From Thermoproteota archaeon (GTDB lineage Archaea > Korarchaeota > Korarchaeia > Korarchaeales > Korarchaeaceae), in assembly GCA_026986575.1 (NCBI GenBank), contig JALSOH010000004.1, positions 736,001 to 800,000 on the forward strand: a stretch of DNA of 64,000 nucleotides. Reading direction: 5' to 3'. Positions 55,372 to 64,000 of the stretch are shown here, piece after piece (positions within the stretch are counted from its first letter, which is position 1; every line of letters starts with the position of its first letter). The notes under the pieces are model-generated. The model had not been told where the DNA came from. It was given only the letters and a program-made list of their open reading frames with translations, and made no database searches. The translations under genes were made by a program, and so were the position numbers.

Positions 55372-55971
55372 TTGAACTGGCTGGGCGCGGCCTCCTTGGT
55401 GCTCCTGCTGTTCGTGATGATATCGCCGTGGTGGTGGATGGAGGGCTACCTGCCACAGCTCGGGGGCTACTTTAAGTACGAGGGAAATCCTCTCACCTTC
55501 GTCTGGTCCTCAGGCAACAGGTCCTCCCTCGGCTTCGCCCTCCAGACCTTCACGTGGCTGTCGGATCAGGGCAGGCTCCCTCCCGGCTCTAGGTATAGGA
55601 CCGGTCTTACTAGGTTCTTCCTCATGCTAAGTACCTTCATACTCGCGCTGGGAGGACTAGCCTCGATATATGCCCTTGCTAGGGAATCCACCACACCCTA
55701 CTTCATCGCAGCCTTCCTAGTCTTCATGGCGGTCGTGTTCTACGAGATGGGATTCCTCGTTACGGAGGCGCCTAGGTCCCTGAGCCTCTCCTTCTTGGTG
55801 GGCGAGGAGCAGGCGTGGGTGAAGTGGGGAGAGGGCATCGGCAAGTATCTGGACATAGCGCTGGCGGTGCTGCTGATAGCCGCTGGCATAGTGAACAAGC
55901 TCTTCTTCGAGTACGAGCCGGGGCCGCCTAGGAGGCCGCCTAGGAGGAGGACCGGGAGGTACTGGTGGTGA
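55372..55971 (+). CDS. Hypothetical 4-TM membrane protein
   Basis: GGAGGTG RBS, SPWW motif, 4 hydrophobic helices, Arg/Pro-rich tail. Confidence 0.7.
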   Translation: MNWLGAASLVLLLFVMISPWWWMEGYLPQLGGYFKYEGNPLTFVWSSGNRSSLGFALQTFTWLSDQGRLPPGSRYRTGLTRFFLMLSTFILALGGLASIYALARESTTPYFIAAFLVFMAVVFYEMGFLVTEAPRSLSLSFLVGEEQAWVKWGEGIGKYLDIALAVLLIAAGIVNKLFFEYEPGPPRRPPRRRTGRYWW

Positions 55972-56288
55972 TCTCTAACTTGGAGGAGAAGCTGGAAAGG
56001 GCCAAGGAGCTGGCCCACAAAGATCCCGGCAACGCGCTAGCGTTGCTAAGGGAGGTTGCCGAGGAGGCGCTAAAGGTAGCGGCCCCGGACTGGGACCCCT
56101 CCAACGAGAGCTTGGCTGAGTACGCCGCGGTGAGGAGGTACCCTGACTTCTTCCAAGAGATGGCCGACAGGATAGAGGGCTCCTACAGGTTCGTCATGCA
56201 GGCTGGCGAGGGTGACATGCTGGGAGCCATATCGTCAACGGCCTTCCTCTTGGAGGTCCTGAGGAGGCTGCCCACAAATAGTAGTTGA
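55965..56288 (+). CDS. Hypothetical helical protein (weakly HEPN/PaREP-like)
   Basis: Overlaps the upstream stop; LERAKEL...ALALLREVAEEALK. Confidence 0.55.
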   Translation: MVISNLEEKLERAKELAHKDPGNALALLREVAEEALKVAAPDWDPSNESLAEYAAVRRYPDFFQEMADRIEGSYRFVMQAGEGDMLGAISSTAFLLEVLRRLPTNSS

Positions 56289-56371
56289 AGATGCTAGCTT
56301 GGATTGGGTCGATGCGTTGGACTCGGCTCTTGACCATCAACTATTTAACCTATAAATTATTCAATTGATTA

Positions 56372-56686
56372 ATGTCATCGACAATAACGGTACCTGAGGA
56401 GCTGAGGAGGAGGGTGAAGAGACTCGCTTCCCTCCTAGATATACCTCAGCATAAGGTCTTGGAAATGCTTCTCGACCTCTTCGAGCAGGATCTATTGGAA
56501 GAGGATCGATCAGTAGATCGTGAGGTGGTAGAGGAGCTGGAGAAAGCTGAGGCTGAGGTTGAGGCAGTGGATCCCGATTGGGCCGAAAGATCGCGTAAGA
56601 TAGAGAGGGCTATCAGGAGAGGATTGACGCCCGAGCTCTTCAGAGGGAACTGGGGGATAGAACTTGCAGACGAATATCATGCTTGA
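56372..56686 (+). CDS. Probable VapB-type antitoxin (ribbon-helix-helix-like N-terminus)
   Basis: STITVPEELRRRVKRLA; overlaps the PIN gene. Confidence 0.65.
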   Translation: MSSTITVPEELRRRVKRLASLLDIPQHKVLEMLLDLFEQDLLEEDRSVDREVVEELEKAEAEVEAVDPDWAERSRKIERAIRRGLTPELFRGNWGIELADEYHA

Positions 56687-57086
56687 TAGCATGATCTTCA
56701 GGGATAGGCCCTTCATTTCTTGGCTCAGAGTGAACTTAGAGAGGTTCAGGATATATATTAGCCCGATAGTTCACGCAGAGACTGCTTTGTGGTACCTCTA
56801 CATCGGTTTGGATCTGGAAGACCTCACGTCAGACTTGAGGGCGTTGAGGGTGGAGATACCGCCCATCACTAGGGAAATCACTGAAGTAGTGGCTGGAAAG
56901 GCCTTCACGAATAGAAGGGCTTTGCCGTTCAGACATCATGCTAGGGACTACCTGATAGGAGTTCAAGCGGAACATCTGGGGGCTAGGATCGTGACCCGCA
57001 ATAAGAAGCACTTCAGGTGGGTGAATGTACCGGTACTAACCCCTGAAGAGCTTGTCAAGCAGTCCCAGGGCTCATCTCCTGATTAG
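56664..57086 (+). CDS. PIN-domain VapC-like toxin
   Basis: MLDS, SPIVHAE, DYLIG..A, IVTRN..HF. Confidence 0.85.
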   Translation: MQTNIMLDSMIFRDRPFISWLRVNLERFRIYISPIVHAETALWYLYIGLDLEDLTSDLRALRVEIPPITREITEVVAGKAFTNRRALPFRHHARDYLIGVQAEHLGARIVTRNKKHFRWVNVPVLTPEELVKQSQGSSPD

Positions 57087-57119
57087 GGTTATCGCTAAAT
57101 ACTACGATAGCTCAATGGC

Positions 57120-57896
57120 TCAGATGAACCTTATCACTTCCTTCCCACCTATTATCGCGTATATTTCAACGAATCTTTCGAACTTGGTCCCCCTCAATTT
57201 CTTCATCAGGATCTCCTCTATCTGGAAGGTGCCGCTTGGGTCCTTCATGTATACCTCTATCCTCAGGGGTTTCTCCTCTCCCCTCGTTATCTCCACTTTC
57301 TGAACCGCGAGGGCGGAGTACTTGTGGATGTCGTGACCTCCGAGCCTGAACGGGAGCCTGGCCCTCTCCTGCTCCATGTCACAGCCATCGGCGGTGGCCA
57401 CGACCCCTGCTTCGATGCTGGTGGGCTCGAACCTTCCCATATGGCACATTATGGCCTCGTAGATCATACTAGCGACCTTCACGGCCTTCTCCTCGTCCTC
57501 GTAGACCATGGAGGTTATCTCCTCCACGAAAGGTTTAGCTAGCATTACGCTGAGGAACTCGTGCTCCTCCCTGTGTATGGAATTCCCGATGTCGTGTAGG
57601 TAGCTGGCCACCATTACTATCAGCTTGGAGTCCTCGAAGTCCCTCCAGTCCTCAGTGACCACGATCTCCGGCCCCAGTATGTCGAGGATCTTCAGCGAAT
57701 TCCTGGTCGTTATCATCGCATGGGTCACTCCATGGTCGTTGAACTTGAGCCTGTGGACCAGCACTATGTTGGACATATCCAAAAGCCCCCTTATCCTCCT
57801 GTTGCTTCTGAGGTAGTCGTAGACCCTCAAGAGCTTCTCTGAACCGTTCAGCCTGCTTACAATTTCATGATCGAGGGTTCGCTCTAAGGTGTTCAT
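57120..57896 (-). CDS. HD-domain phosphohydrolase
   Basis: NDHG.TH, YLHDIGN..HR..H, ADG.DM...RAR, IH.YSA. Confidence 0.88.
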   Translation of the reverse strand: MNTLERTLDHEIVSRLNGSEKLLRVYDYLRSNRRIRGLLDMSNIVLVHRLKFNDHGVTHAMITTRNSLKILDILGPEIVVTEDWRDFEDSKLIVMVASYLHDIGNSIHREEHEFLSVMLAKPFVEEITSMVYEDEEKAVKVASMIYEAIMCHMGRFEPTSIEAGVVATADGCDMEQERARLPFRLGGHDIHKYSALAVQKVEITRGEEKPLRIEVYMKDPSGTFQIEEILMKKLRGTKFERFVEIYAIIGGKEVIRFI

Positions 57897-57927
57897 AGAA
57901 GGAGAGGGCGCGAAGGGCCTTTTAAAC

Positions 57928-58269
57928 TTACCCGGATCTGGAGAGCACCCTCCTGAGGGCCTCGACTATCATCTCCTTGGGAGGGTAGTCGTGGTACTTG
58001 CCGGCCCATTTGTAAATCCTGCTGCAGGTGGATGTGTATACCCCCTTGTCCTCGAAGGAGGGATCCACATCCACACCGTTGATCCTCACGGTGGGGACAC
58101 CCAAGACCTTATGCTGCGCTGCTTCCTCATCACTTGCCAAAAGAACCTCCTCCAGCTCGTAATCCTTCAATCCAGCCTCTTCAACGGCCTTCTTTATCTC
58201 CTCAACGACTGGATCCTTGGGACACTCAGGAGTGTAATAGACCGATATCTTCACCCTGTTGACCATCAC
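57928..58269 (-). CDS. Thioredoxin-fold protein (glutaredoxin/DUF2703-like)
   Basis: YTPECP, GVPTVRINGVD, C.RIY. Confidence 0.7.
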   Translation of the reverse strand: MMVNRVKISVYYTPECPKDPVVEEIKKAVEEAGLKDYELEEVLLASDEEAAQHKVLGVPTVRINGVDVDPSFEDKGVYTSTCSRIYKWAGKYHDYPPKEMIVEALRRVLSRSG

Positions 58270-58358
58270 TAATAACCTCCTCCTCCCATATTTTTATCTT
58301 TCCTCGCTGGTGAGGGTGGGATTGAGAATTCACTTCGTGGATGGGAGGGTGATGGACT

Positions 58359-59780
58359 ATCCTATACGGAATTAGGCCCTCTAAGCTCTCCACCAGGGTG
58401 ATCGCTCATCTAATAGATCTCTCCATAGTTACACTCGCGTACGTGCCCGTGGTCCTCTTTTCAGAACCCCTCACGGAGAGAGCGGGGTTCCTCGGACTGT
58501 CGCTCCTCTCCTCGGTGTTCCTCCTAGTATTCCTGGGTTACTTCACCCTCTTCGAGGGGCTCACCTCCTCGACCCCAGGCAAGAGAGCCTTGGGACTTAG
58601 GGTGATCTCACTGAACACCCTCTCCAGGATATCGATGGAGGATTCGATCGTCCGTAACTTGCTCAGGCTGGTGGATGCCCTGACCCTTTATCTGTCCGTC
58701 CTCTTTACGGATGGCATGAGGATAGGCGACTTGGCTTCAGGGACCGTCGTGGCATCCAATGACCTTCTCAACTTGGAGCTACCGTCCGGCAGATCTGACG
58801 TGGCCGTGGACATGAGAAGGGGGATACTTGAAGCCACGTCACAGGAGCTGATGACCATGGAGGGAGGAGGAGAGCTGGTGAAGAGGCTCTCCGGTAGGGT
58901 GAAGATCGATGAGCTGCCGGAGGGGATTCCCGAAGAGGTCGCGAGCGCTGCCTTCATTCTCGCCACCAAGCCCAGACTCTCGCTCACCCTTTTAGGGCCT
59001 GAGAAAATAATGAAGATCTATGAGAGGGCCGCGGAGCTCTGTTATCACGTTGAGAGCAGAGAGATACTAAGGAACAGGGTCGAACTGATGAGGGCCCTCA
59101 CGAGAGAACCTCCGCAAGGGGGCTTCGATATCAGGAGAGTGTTCTTGGAAGGACCGAGGGAGTTCAGAGGACTGGCTCCCTACTTCCTCATCTCCCTAAT
59201 AATATTCACGACCTCCCTAATCGTAGCCTACAACTACAGGCCAGCGTGGCTCGAAACTCTCCTAGAGGAGCTGTTCGGAAGGGGAGAGGCGGTAAACCAG
59301 CTGAGTCCCGTGACCCTCTCACTCCTCATCATGATGAACAACATCAGGGTGGCCCTCACAGTTGTTGGCACCGCTCCAGCGATATTCCTCGCGCCCTTGG
59401 TGCTGACCGCCAACGGAGCCCTAGTCGGACTCGTGCTTGCAATATCCAAGACGGGACCCATCCCTACTTTGGGCTTAATCTTACCCCACGGAGTTCCTGA
59501 GCTCACTGCCATATTCATCTCGACATCCATAGCCCTCTCCACGGTGAGAGAACTGATTGCACCTCGATCGGGGAGCAGGTTAAGATCTGCGGGTGAGGTC
59601 ATAAGGGGTAAGCTCGGGGCGCTGGCCCTTGCCCTGCTCATACTGGTGTACGCCGCGCTAGTGGAGGGGTTCGTCACCAGAGGCATAGGAAAGGACCTCA
59701 GAATGGCCCTCCTCTTCTCCTCGGTGGAGGGGTTCGTGATATACGCCTACCTCCTACTGGTGGGTCGGGGAGGACGATAG
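58359..59780 (+). CDS. RDD domain - SpoIIM-like membrane domain fusion (ATC start at 58359 inferred; ORF track gives 58398)
   Basis: R.IA.LID, TPGKRALGLRV, RNLLR.VD, R.GDL.SGT.V (RDD); NN.RV, NG..VG, LPHG..EL, A..VEGFVT (SpoIIM). Confidence 0.8.
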   Translation: MLYGIRPSKLSTRVIAHLIDLSIVTLAYVPVVLFSEPLTERAGFLGLSLLSSVFLLVFLGYFTLFEGLTSSTPGKRALGLRVISLNTLSRISMEDSIVRNLLRLVDALTLYLSVLFTDGMRIGDLASGTVVASNDLLNLELPSGRSDVAVDMRRGILEATSQELMTMEGGGELVKRLSGRVKIDELPEGIPEEVASAAFILATKPRLSLTLLGPEKIMKIYERAAELCYHVESREILRNRVELMRALTREPPQGGFDIRRVFLEGPREFRGLAPYFLISLIIFTTSLIVAYNYRPAWLETLLEELFGRGEAVNQLSPVTLSLLIMMNNIRVALTVVGTAPAIFLAPLVLTANGALVGLVLAISKTGPIPTLGLILPHGVPELTAIFISTSIALSTVRELIAPRSGSRLRSAGEVIRGKLGALALALLILVYAALVEGFVTRGIGKDLRMALLFSSVEGFVIYAYLLLVGRGGR

Positions 59781-59812
59781 GACTGAAGCTTTTAGCCTGT
59801 CCGATATTGGGA

Positions 59813-60367
59813 CTAGCACTCCCTCCCTAAACCCTTGAGAAGGTCGCTCTTTGTGACTATTCCCACTATCCTTCCCCTCTCCTGGATGAGGACCGCTGGA
59901 TAGAGGAAGAGCATATCCCTCAAGAGGGAGAGGGAGGCGTCAACTGGCAGGATGGGGAAGGCCTCCTCCATGACCTCCTCCACCTTCGACTCGGGGGATA
60001 GGGAGGAGAGCTTCCTCAGTAGCCCCTCCTCTGTCACGGAGCCTACCACCCTCCCGCCGGTCATCACGGGAAGCTGGGAGATTCCTCTCTTACCCATTAT
60101 GGAGATGGCCTTACTGACAGTCTCCTCCGGAGCCACATGTATCACTGGAGAGCTCATCATCTCAGCCGCCTTGGTGCATCCCCTCTTCCGCCTGGCCCTC
60201 TCCAAAGCCTCGAATATCCTCAGCGCAACCTCGTAGCTTGGAACCATCTGCCCCCTCTCGACCTTTGAGATGAGGGACTGACTCACCCCTGCCATCTTAG
60301 CGAGCTCCTTCTGGCTCAGACCCAGCGCCCTCCTTTCCCTCGCTATCGAGGAGAGGTCCCTTATCAT
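59813..60367 (-). CDS. XRE-type HTH + CBS-pair transcriptional regulator
   Basis: RRALGLSQKELAKMAGVSQSLISKVE.G plus two CBS domains; ATG at 60367. Confidence 0.9.
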   Translation of the reverse strand: MIRDLSSIARERRALGLSQKELAKMAGVSQSLISKVERGQMVPSYEVALRIFEALERARRKRGCTKAAEMMSSPVIHVAPEETVSKAISIMGKRGISQLPVMTGGRVVGSVTEEGLLRKLSSLSPESKVEEVMEEAFPILPVDASLSLLRDMLFLYPAVLIQERGRIVGIVTKSDLLKGLGREC

Positions 60368-60369
60368 TG

Positions 60370-60383
60370 ATTCCTTTAGGAAT
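60370..60383. promoter_or_regulatory. Palindromic operator ATTCCT-TT-AGGAAT
   Basis: Perfect 6-bp inverted repeat in the 60-bp gap between the divergent regulator and trans-sulfuration genes. Confidence 0.6.
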
Positions 60384-60427
60384 ATCTCATTACTTAAAAT
60401 TATTACCAAGGAATTTCCCGAAGGCTC

Positions 60428-61558
60428 ATGCCAAACTTCATCCCGCTGGAGACCCCGATCTACATGACGGCCACCTTCTTCAACCCGCTTCCCACTGGTG
60501 AACCCAGCATTTCAGATAGGGGCACGGACCTGAAGTACTCCAGGGAGGAGAACCCCACGGTCCGAGAACTCGAGAGGAACCTAGCTGATCTAGACGGTTT
60601 CGAGGACGGACTTGCTTTCAATAGTGGCATGGCTGCTATCTCAACTCTCCTTATGTCTAAGGCTAGGGAGGGCATCTTGATGGGTGTTGACGCTTATCCA
60701 ACCACGGTTGCACTCGCCCTTCGTCTGAGGGAGATGGGATTTCGGATTAAGCTGGTTCCCGTCAAAGAGGTAGTGGATGCCGTGTCCAATGAGTGGGGTC
60801 TCGTCTTCATCGAGACGATAACCAACCCCATATTGAGGATCCCCGACCTTCCATCTCTTTCGGACAGGTGCGGGGAGGAGGGGGTGGAGCTGGCAGTAGA
60901 TAACACATTCGCCTCTCCCGTCCTGCTGAAACCCAGTAAGTTTGCTTCCTACTCGATCCAGAGCGCCACCAAGTACTTGGCGGGCCACAATGATGTAATC
61001 GCGGGAGTCCTCACATCCGATGACGTTGGAGAGCTTTGGGAGTGGAGGAGAAGGCTGGGAACCATACTAGATCCCTTCAGGGCCTTCCTTGTCCTCAGAG
61101 GTTTGCAAACGCTGGAGCTAAGGGTGAGGAGGCACTCCCAAACTGCCTTGGAGGTAGCCAAGTTCCTAGAAGGGTGCGATCTAGTGGAGGAGGTCAGGTA
61201 CCCAGGCCTGGAGTCGCACCCCGATCATCGCATCGCGAGGGAGCTCTTCCACGGGATGTACGGCGGCGTCATAACCTTCATCCCTAGGGTGGATCCGGAG
61301 AGGATGTTCAGGCACCTCAAGGTGGTGAGGCCAGCTCCCAGCTTGGGAGCGCCTGCAAGCCTGATTAGCAGGCCCCTGACTTCAGCTTCCTCCCTACCTC
61401 CCTCCTTGGTTAAAGAGCTAGGGATAAGTGGGAGGACCGTTAGGCTCTCGGTGGGTCTCGAGGATCCTCAGCTCATAATTGATGACTTGAAGAGGGCATT
61501 AGAGCTGGCCCGCGCTCCCTCTCGGGAGGGAGAGGTCCCATCCTTTATTAGTTGGTAG
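60428..61558 (+). CDS. Cystathionine gamma-synthase/gamma-lyase family PLP enzyme
   Basis: YSREENPT, FNSGMAAI, ET.TNP, VDNTFASP, SATKYL.GH.D, RLSVGLED. Confidence 0.92.
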   Translation: MPNFIPLETPIYMTATFFNPLPTGEPSISDRGTDLKYSREENPTVRELERNLADLDGFEDGLAFNSGMAAISTLLMSKAREGILMGVDAYPTTVALALRLREMGFRIKLVPVKEVVDAVSNEWGLVFIETITNPILRIPDLPSLSDRCGEEGVELAVDNTFASPVLLKPSKFASYSIQSATKYLAGHNDVIAGVLTSDDVGELWEWRRRLGTILDPFRAFLVLRGLQTLELRVRRHSQTALEVAKFLEGCDLVEEVRYPGLESHPDHRIARELFHGMYGGVITFIPRVDPERMFRHLKVVRPAPSLGAPASLISRPLTSASSLPPSLVKELGISGRTVRLSVGLEDPQLIIDDLKRALELARAPSREGEVPSFISW

Positions 61559-63489
61559 AGTTCATTACTAATGTGAGAAGGCCCCCCGCGATCATACTCG
61601 CCGCAGGAAAGGCTACTCGAATGCAGCCCTACTCGCTAGAGGTGCCTAAGGCGCTCTTCGAGCTAGCGCCCAATCTCACAGTTCTGGACCTCACCATAAG
61701 GTGGTTGAGGGAGGAAGGCATCAAGGACATCATTATAGTGACTAGGCCGAGCCTCGCGAGGTTCTTCGTCGAGAGATATGGGGACAGCGTGAAGGTGGTC
61801 ACTACGGACAGGGAAGAGGGCTTTGGTAACCTCTACTCTTTCTTGACGGGTGTCCAGGCCGCTGACAGCTCCGAATATCTCGTGCTGATGTCGGATCACA
61901 TATTCGAGCCCGAGATCCTTAGGAGGATGCTCAGGAAGGAAGGGAGCAGGGCCTTTACCCTCTCCCTCGACAGGAATCCGCCTTGGGACAAACTGGAGGA
62001 GGGCCTTAAGGTGGTGCTGGAGGACGACGAGGTGAAGGAAGTCGGGAAGGACGCGGTGCCCCACTACGGGATAGATACGGGCATATTTTACTGCACCGAG
62101 AAGGCGGAGGTCATAGCCAGGGAGACCATAGAGGAGAAAGGGGAGAGAGCCACGATAGCTGATGCCTTGAGGAAGGCGATAGCCTACGGCGAGGTCTCGT
62201 ATGTGGATGTTACAGGCCTCATCTGGATGGATGTGGACACTCCGGAGGAGCTGGAGGAAGCGAGGAAGATACTGCCGCTCCTCCTCAGGAGGAGCCTTAT
62301 CAAGCCCGGAGACGGTCCGGTCTCCCGCTACATAAACAGGCAGATCTCCACTAGGCTCTCTGTTTCCCTCTTCTTGAGGGGCATATACGTCAGTCCAAAC
62401 CTGATATCGCTGCTGGCCTTCTCCCTGATGGGGCTGGCTGCGGTCCTCATATACAGGGGGTTTCTGGTTCCTGCAGCTCTCCTCATCCAGCTCTCCTCCA
62501 TAATAGATGGGATGGACGGCGAGGTGGCTAGGCTGTTCGGCACGGCCAGCAAATTTGGGGGCCTGCTAGATGCCTTCCTCGATAGGTACTCAGATCTGCT
62601 GATCGTTGCAGCGATTGGAACTGGGATCATGTTCCGGGAGCCTTGGCAGATCTTCCTCCTCGGACTGGCTGCTGGAAACGTTTTCGTTACGAGCTACGTC
62701 TCTCACTTAGCTGGTTGGAGCACCGAGAGGGTGGTAAGGCTAAGGGCTTGGAGTCCTGCCAGCAGGGATGTGAGGTTACTCGTTGCAGCCGTGATGACCG
62801 CATTGGGGATGTTCTGGCCTTTCCTCTGGTACATGGCACTGGTACCCCTCGCCTTCTCCGCCTACATGGTGATAGCATCTCGAATTCCGGGGAAGCCCAT
62901 CAAACTAGAGAGGAGAACCCCTAAACCCGAAGTGAAGGTAAAGAAGGTCAGAAAGAGGGTGACCCCGCTGGAGGCGAATCTAAGGGTTCTCCTAGCCTCA
63001 TCCATAAAACTGACCCTCTGGGTGATAGTCATCAGGCTCTTCTACGGACTGGTGGCCGATCTGGGTCCTCTGATGATTCTGGACCTTGCGGTCAGCCCTG
63101 TGACCGTGTTGAATATGGCCGAGTTCATAGTGGTGGTTTACTTCGGTTACAGGATCCTCCTCTCTGTAAAGTCACTCCTCGACCTCTTGAGCAAGTGGCT
63201 CGTCAGGGAGATGGGCCTCGTAACTGAGGCAGCTGTGAAGAGGGCGCTTGCCGACATCTTCTACCTCGCTCTGATATCCCTCCTGATAATGTTCGTTCCC
63301 AGCTACTTGGAGGAGGTTCCGCTAGGCAGCATAGTCTCAAAGGTAGCTCTACTGGTGCTCCTCTTCCTGTTCCTCCTGTTCTTCTATGATCTGGCGAAGC
63401 TGTTCTACAGGAGCTTCAAGGGCTTCTTCGACAGGCAGATATCCAAGATAGCTGAAAGACTCTCTGTTGCCGTGGAGGGGGAGGAATGA
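61552..63489 (+). CDS. Bifunctional inositol-1-phosphate cytidylyltransferase / DIPP synthase-like protein with an extra C-terminal membrane domain
   Basis: ILAAGKATRM, MSDH, DTG.F, WMDVDT; GDGPVSRYINR.IS, DGMDGEVAR...S.FG..LD..LDR.D (CDP-alcohol phosphotransferase motif). Confidence 0.85.
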   Translation: MVEFITNVRRPPAIILAAGKATRMQPYSLEVPKALFELAPNLTVLDLTIRWLREEGIKDIIIVTRPSLARFFVERYGDSVKVVTTDREEGFGNLYSFLTGVQAADSSEYLVLMSDHIFEPEILRRMLRKEGSRAFTLSLDRNPPWDKLEEGLKVVLEDDEVKEVGKDAVPHYGIDTGIFYCTEKAEVIARETIEEKGERATIADALRKAIAYGEVSYVDVTGLIWMDVDTPEELEEARKILPLLLRRSLIKPGDGPVSRYINRQISTRLSVSLFLRGIYVSPNLISLLAFSLMGLAAVLIYRGFLVPAALLIQLSSIIDGMDGEVARLFGTASKFGGLLDAFLDRYSDLLIVAAIGTGIMFREPWQIFLLGLAAGNVFVTSYVSHLAGWSTERVVRLRAWSPASRDVRLLVAAVMTALGMFWPFLWYMALVPLAFSAYMVIASRIPGKPIKLERRTPKPEVKVKKVRKRVTPLEANLRVLLASSIKLTLWVIVIRLFYGLVADLGPLMILDLAVSPVTVLNMAEFIVVVYFGYRILLSVKSLLDLLSKWLVREMGLVTEAAVKRALADIFYLALISLLIMFVPSYLEEVPLGSIVSKVALLVLLFLFLLFFYDLAKLFYRSFKGFFDRQISKIAERLSVAVEGEE

Positions 63490-63570
63490 CTCGATTCATA
63501 GGAGATGAGGGAAAGATTAACCATTAATAGCCCTCTAGGTAGAATAAAAGAAGGCCGAGGAGATGGGTGG

Positions 63571-64000
63571 ATGGAGGATCCCTTAGACGAGCTCGAGGTG
63601 GAGGTGGACATAAGGCTAGTCAAGGATGGGAAAGTTATCCTTGATGGAAGACTAGCGGAACTCCTAAAGGCAGTCTCTAGGACGGGTTCCCTTCTAGCGG
63701 CCGCGAAGCTCATTGGAATTCCTTACTCTAAGGCATGGAGAGACATTAATTCGGTCGAAAGGAAGCTAGGGATAAGCATAGTAGTCCCTAGGAGGGGAGG
63801 GAAACGAGGGGGTGGGATGACACTCACACTCTACGGTGAGGAGCTGCTTTCCATGTACGAAAAGGCTGAAGAGGATATGGGAAAGCGGAGAAAACCCATT
63901 ACTGGTAAGTTTGAGAGACCGGACTTACTTGTGGCCGGGAGCCATGATCTACTGCTGGAGAGGGCCCTCAAGATGATCACCGAATACAATGTCGAGGTTC
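63571..64000 (+). CDS. ModE-like winged-helix regulator with a substrate-binding domain (truncated by the window end; not in the ORF track)
   Basis: Hand translation: LLKAVSRTGSLLAAAKLIGIPYSKAW...RRGGKRGGG..LT..G, then AGSHDLLL. Confidence 0.85.
   Translation, partial: MEDPLDELEVEVDIRLVKDGKVILDGRLAELLKAVSRTGSLLAAAKLIGIPYSKAWRDINSVERKLGISIVVPRRGGKRGGGMTLTLYGEELLSMYEKAEEDMGKRRKPITGKFERPDLLVAGSHDLLLERALKMITEYNVEV

Noticed and set aside
55923-55947. 12-bp tandem repeat GCCGCCTAGGAG x2
   Set aside because: In-frame coding duplication (PPRR PPRR); not a CRISPR or mobile-element repeat.
1-64000. CRISPR arrays, tRNA/rRNA genes, transposases and integrases
   Set aside because: None seen by eye. Intergenic gaps are short and lack regular repeats or cloverleaf motifs. 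tRNAscan-SE and Rfam scans would be needed to exclude them formally.

Overview
This 64-kb window is gene-dense archaeal chromosome. Hyperthermophile-like proteins, TATA/BRE-type promoters, GGAGG/GGTG ribosome-binding sites and overlapping start/stop codons suggest a Korarchaeota/TACK-type archaeon, but that assignment is inference only. Most of it is housekeeping and metabolic: serS, bacterial-type thrS, alaX, aroC plus a chorismate mutase-aminotransferase fusion and tyrA, speE, malic enzyme, a livKHMGF-type ABC transporter, glnA, nadE, family-4 UDG, a trans-sulfuration enzyme and IPCT/DIPPS. It also has several secreted Ig-like/S-layer-type proteins and two toxin-antitoxin-like pairs. I saw no rRNA, tRNA, CRISPR array or transposase by eye. 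The best candidates for follow-up are: (1) an operon that would be auto-annotated leuACDB but looks like Re-citrate synthase + LeuCD-type aconitase + isocitrate dehydrogenase, near glnA; (2) a translationally coupled run of small pilin-like genes, including two micro-ORFs absent from the ORF track, ending in a VirB2/TrbC-like pilin; (3) a structured leader upstream of thrS; (4) an IscS-like protein lacking its catalytic Cys; (5) a circularly permuted GlcF-like protein; (6) probable ATT and ATC start codons; (7) clear palindromic operators. All product calls come from motif recognition, not database searches.
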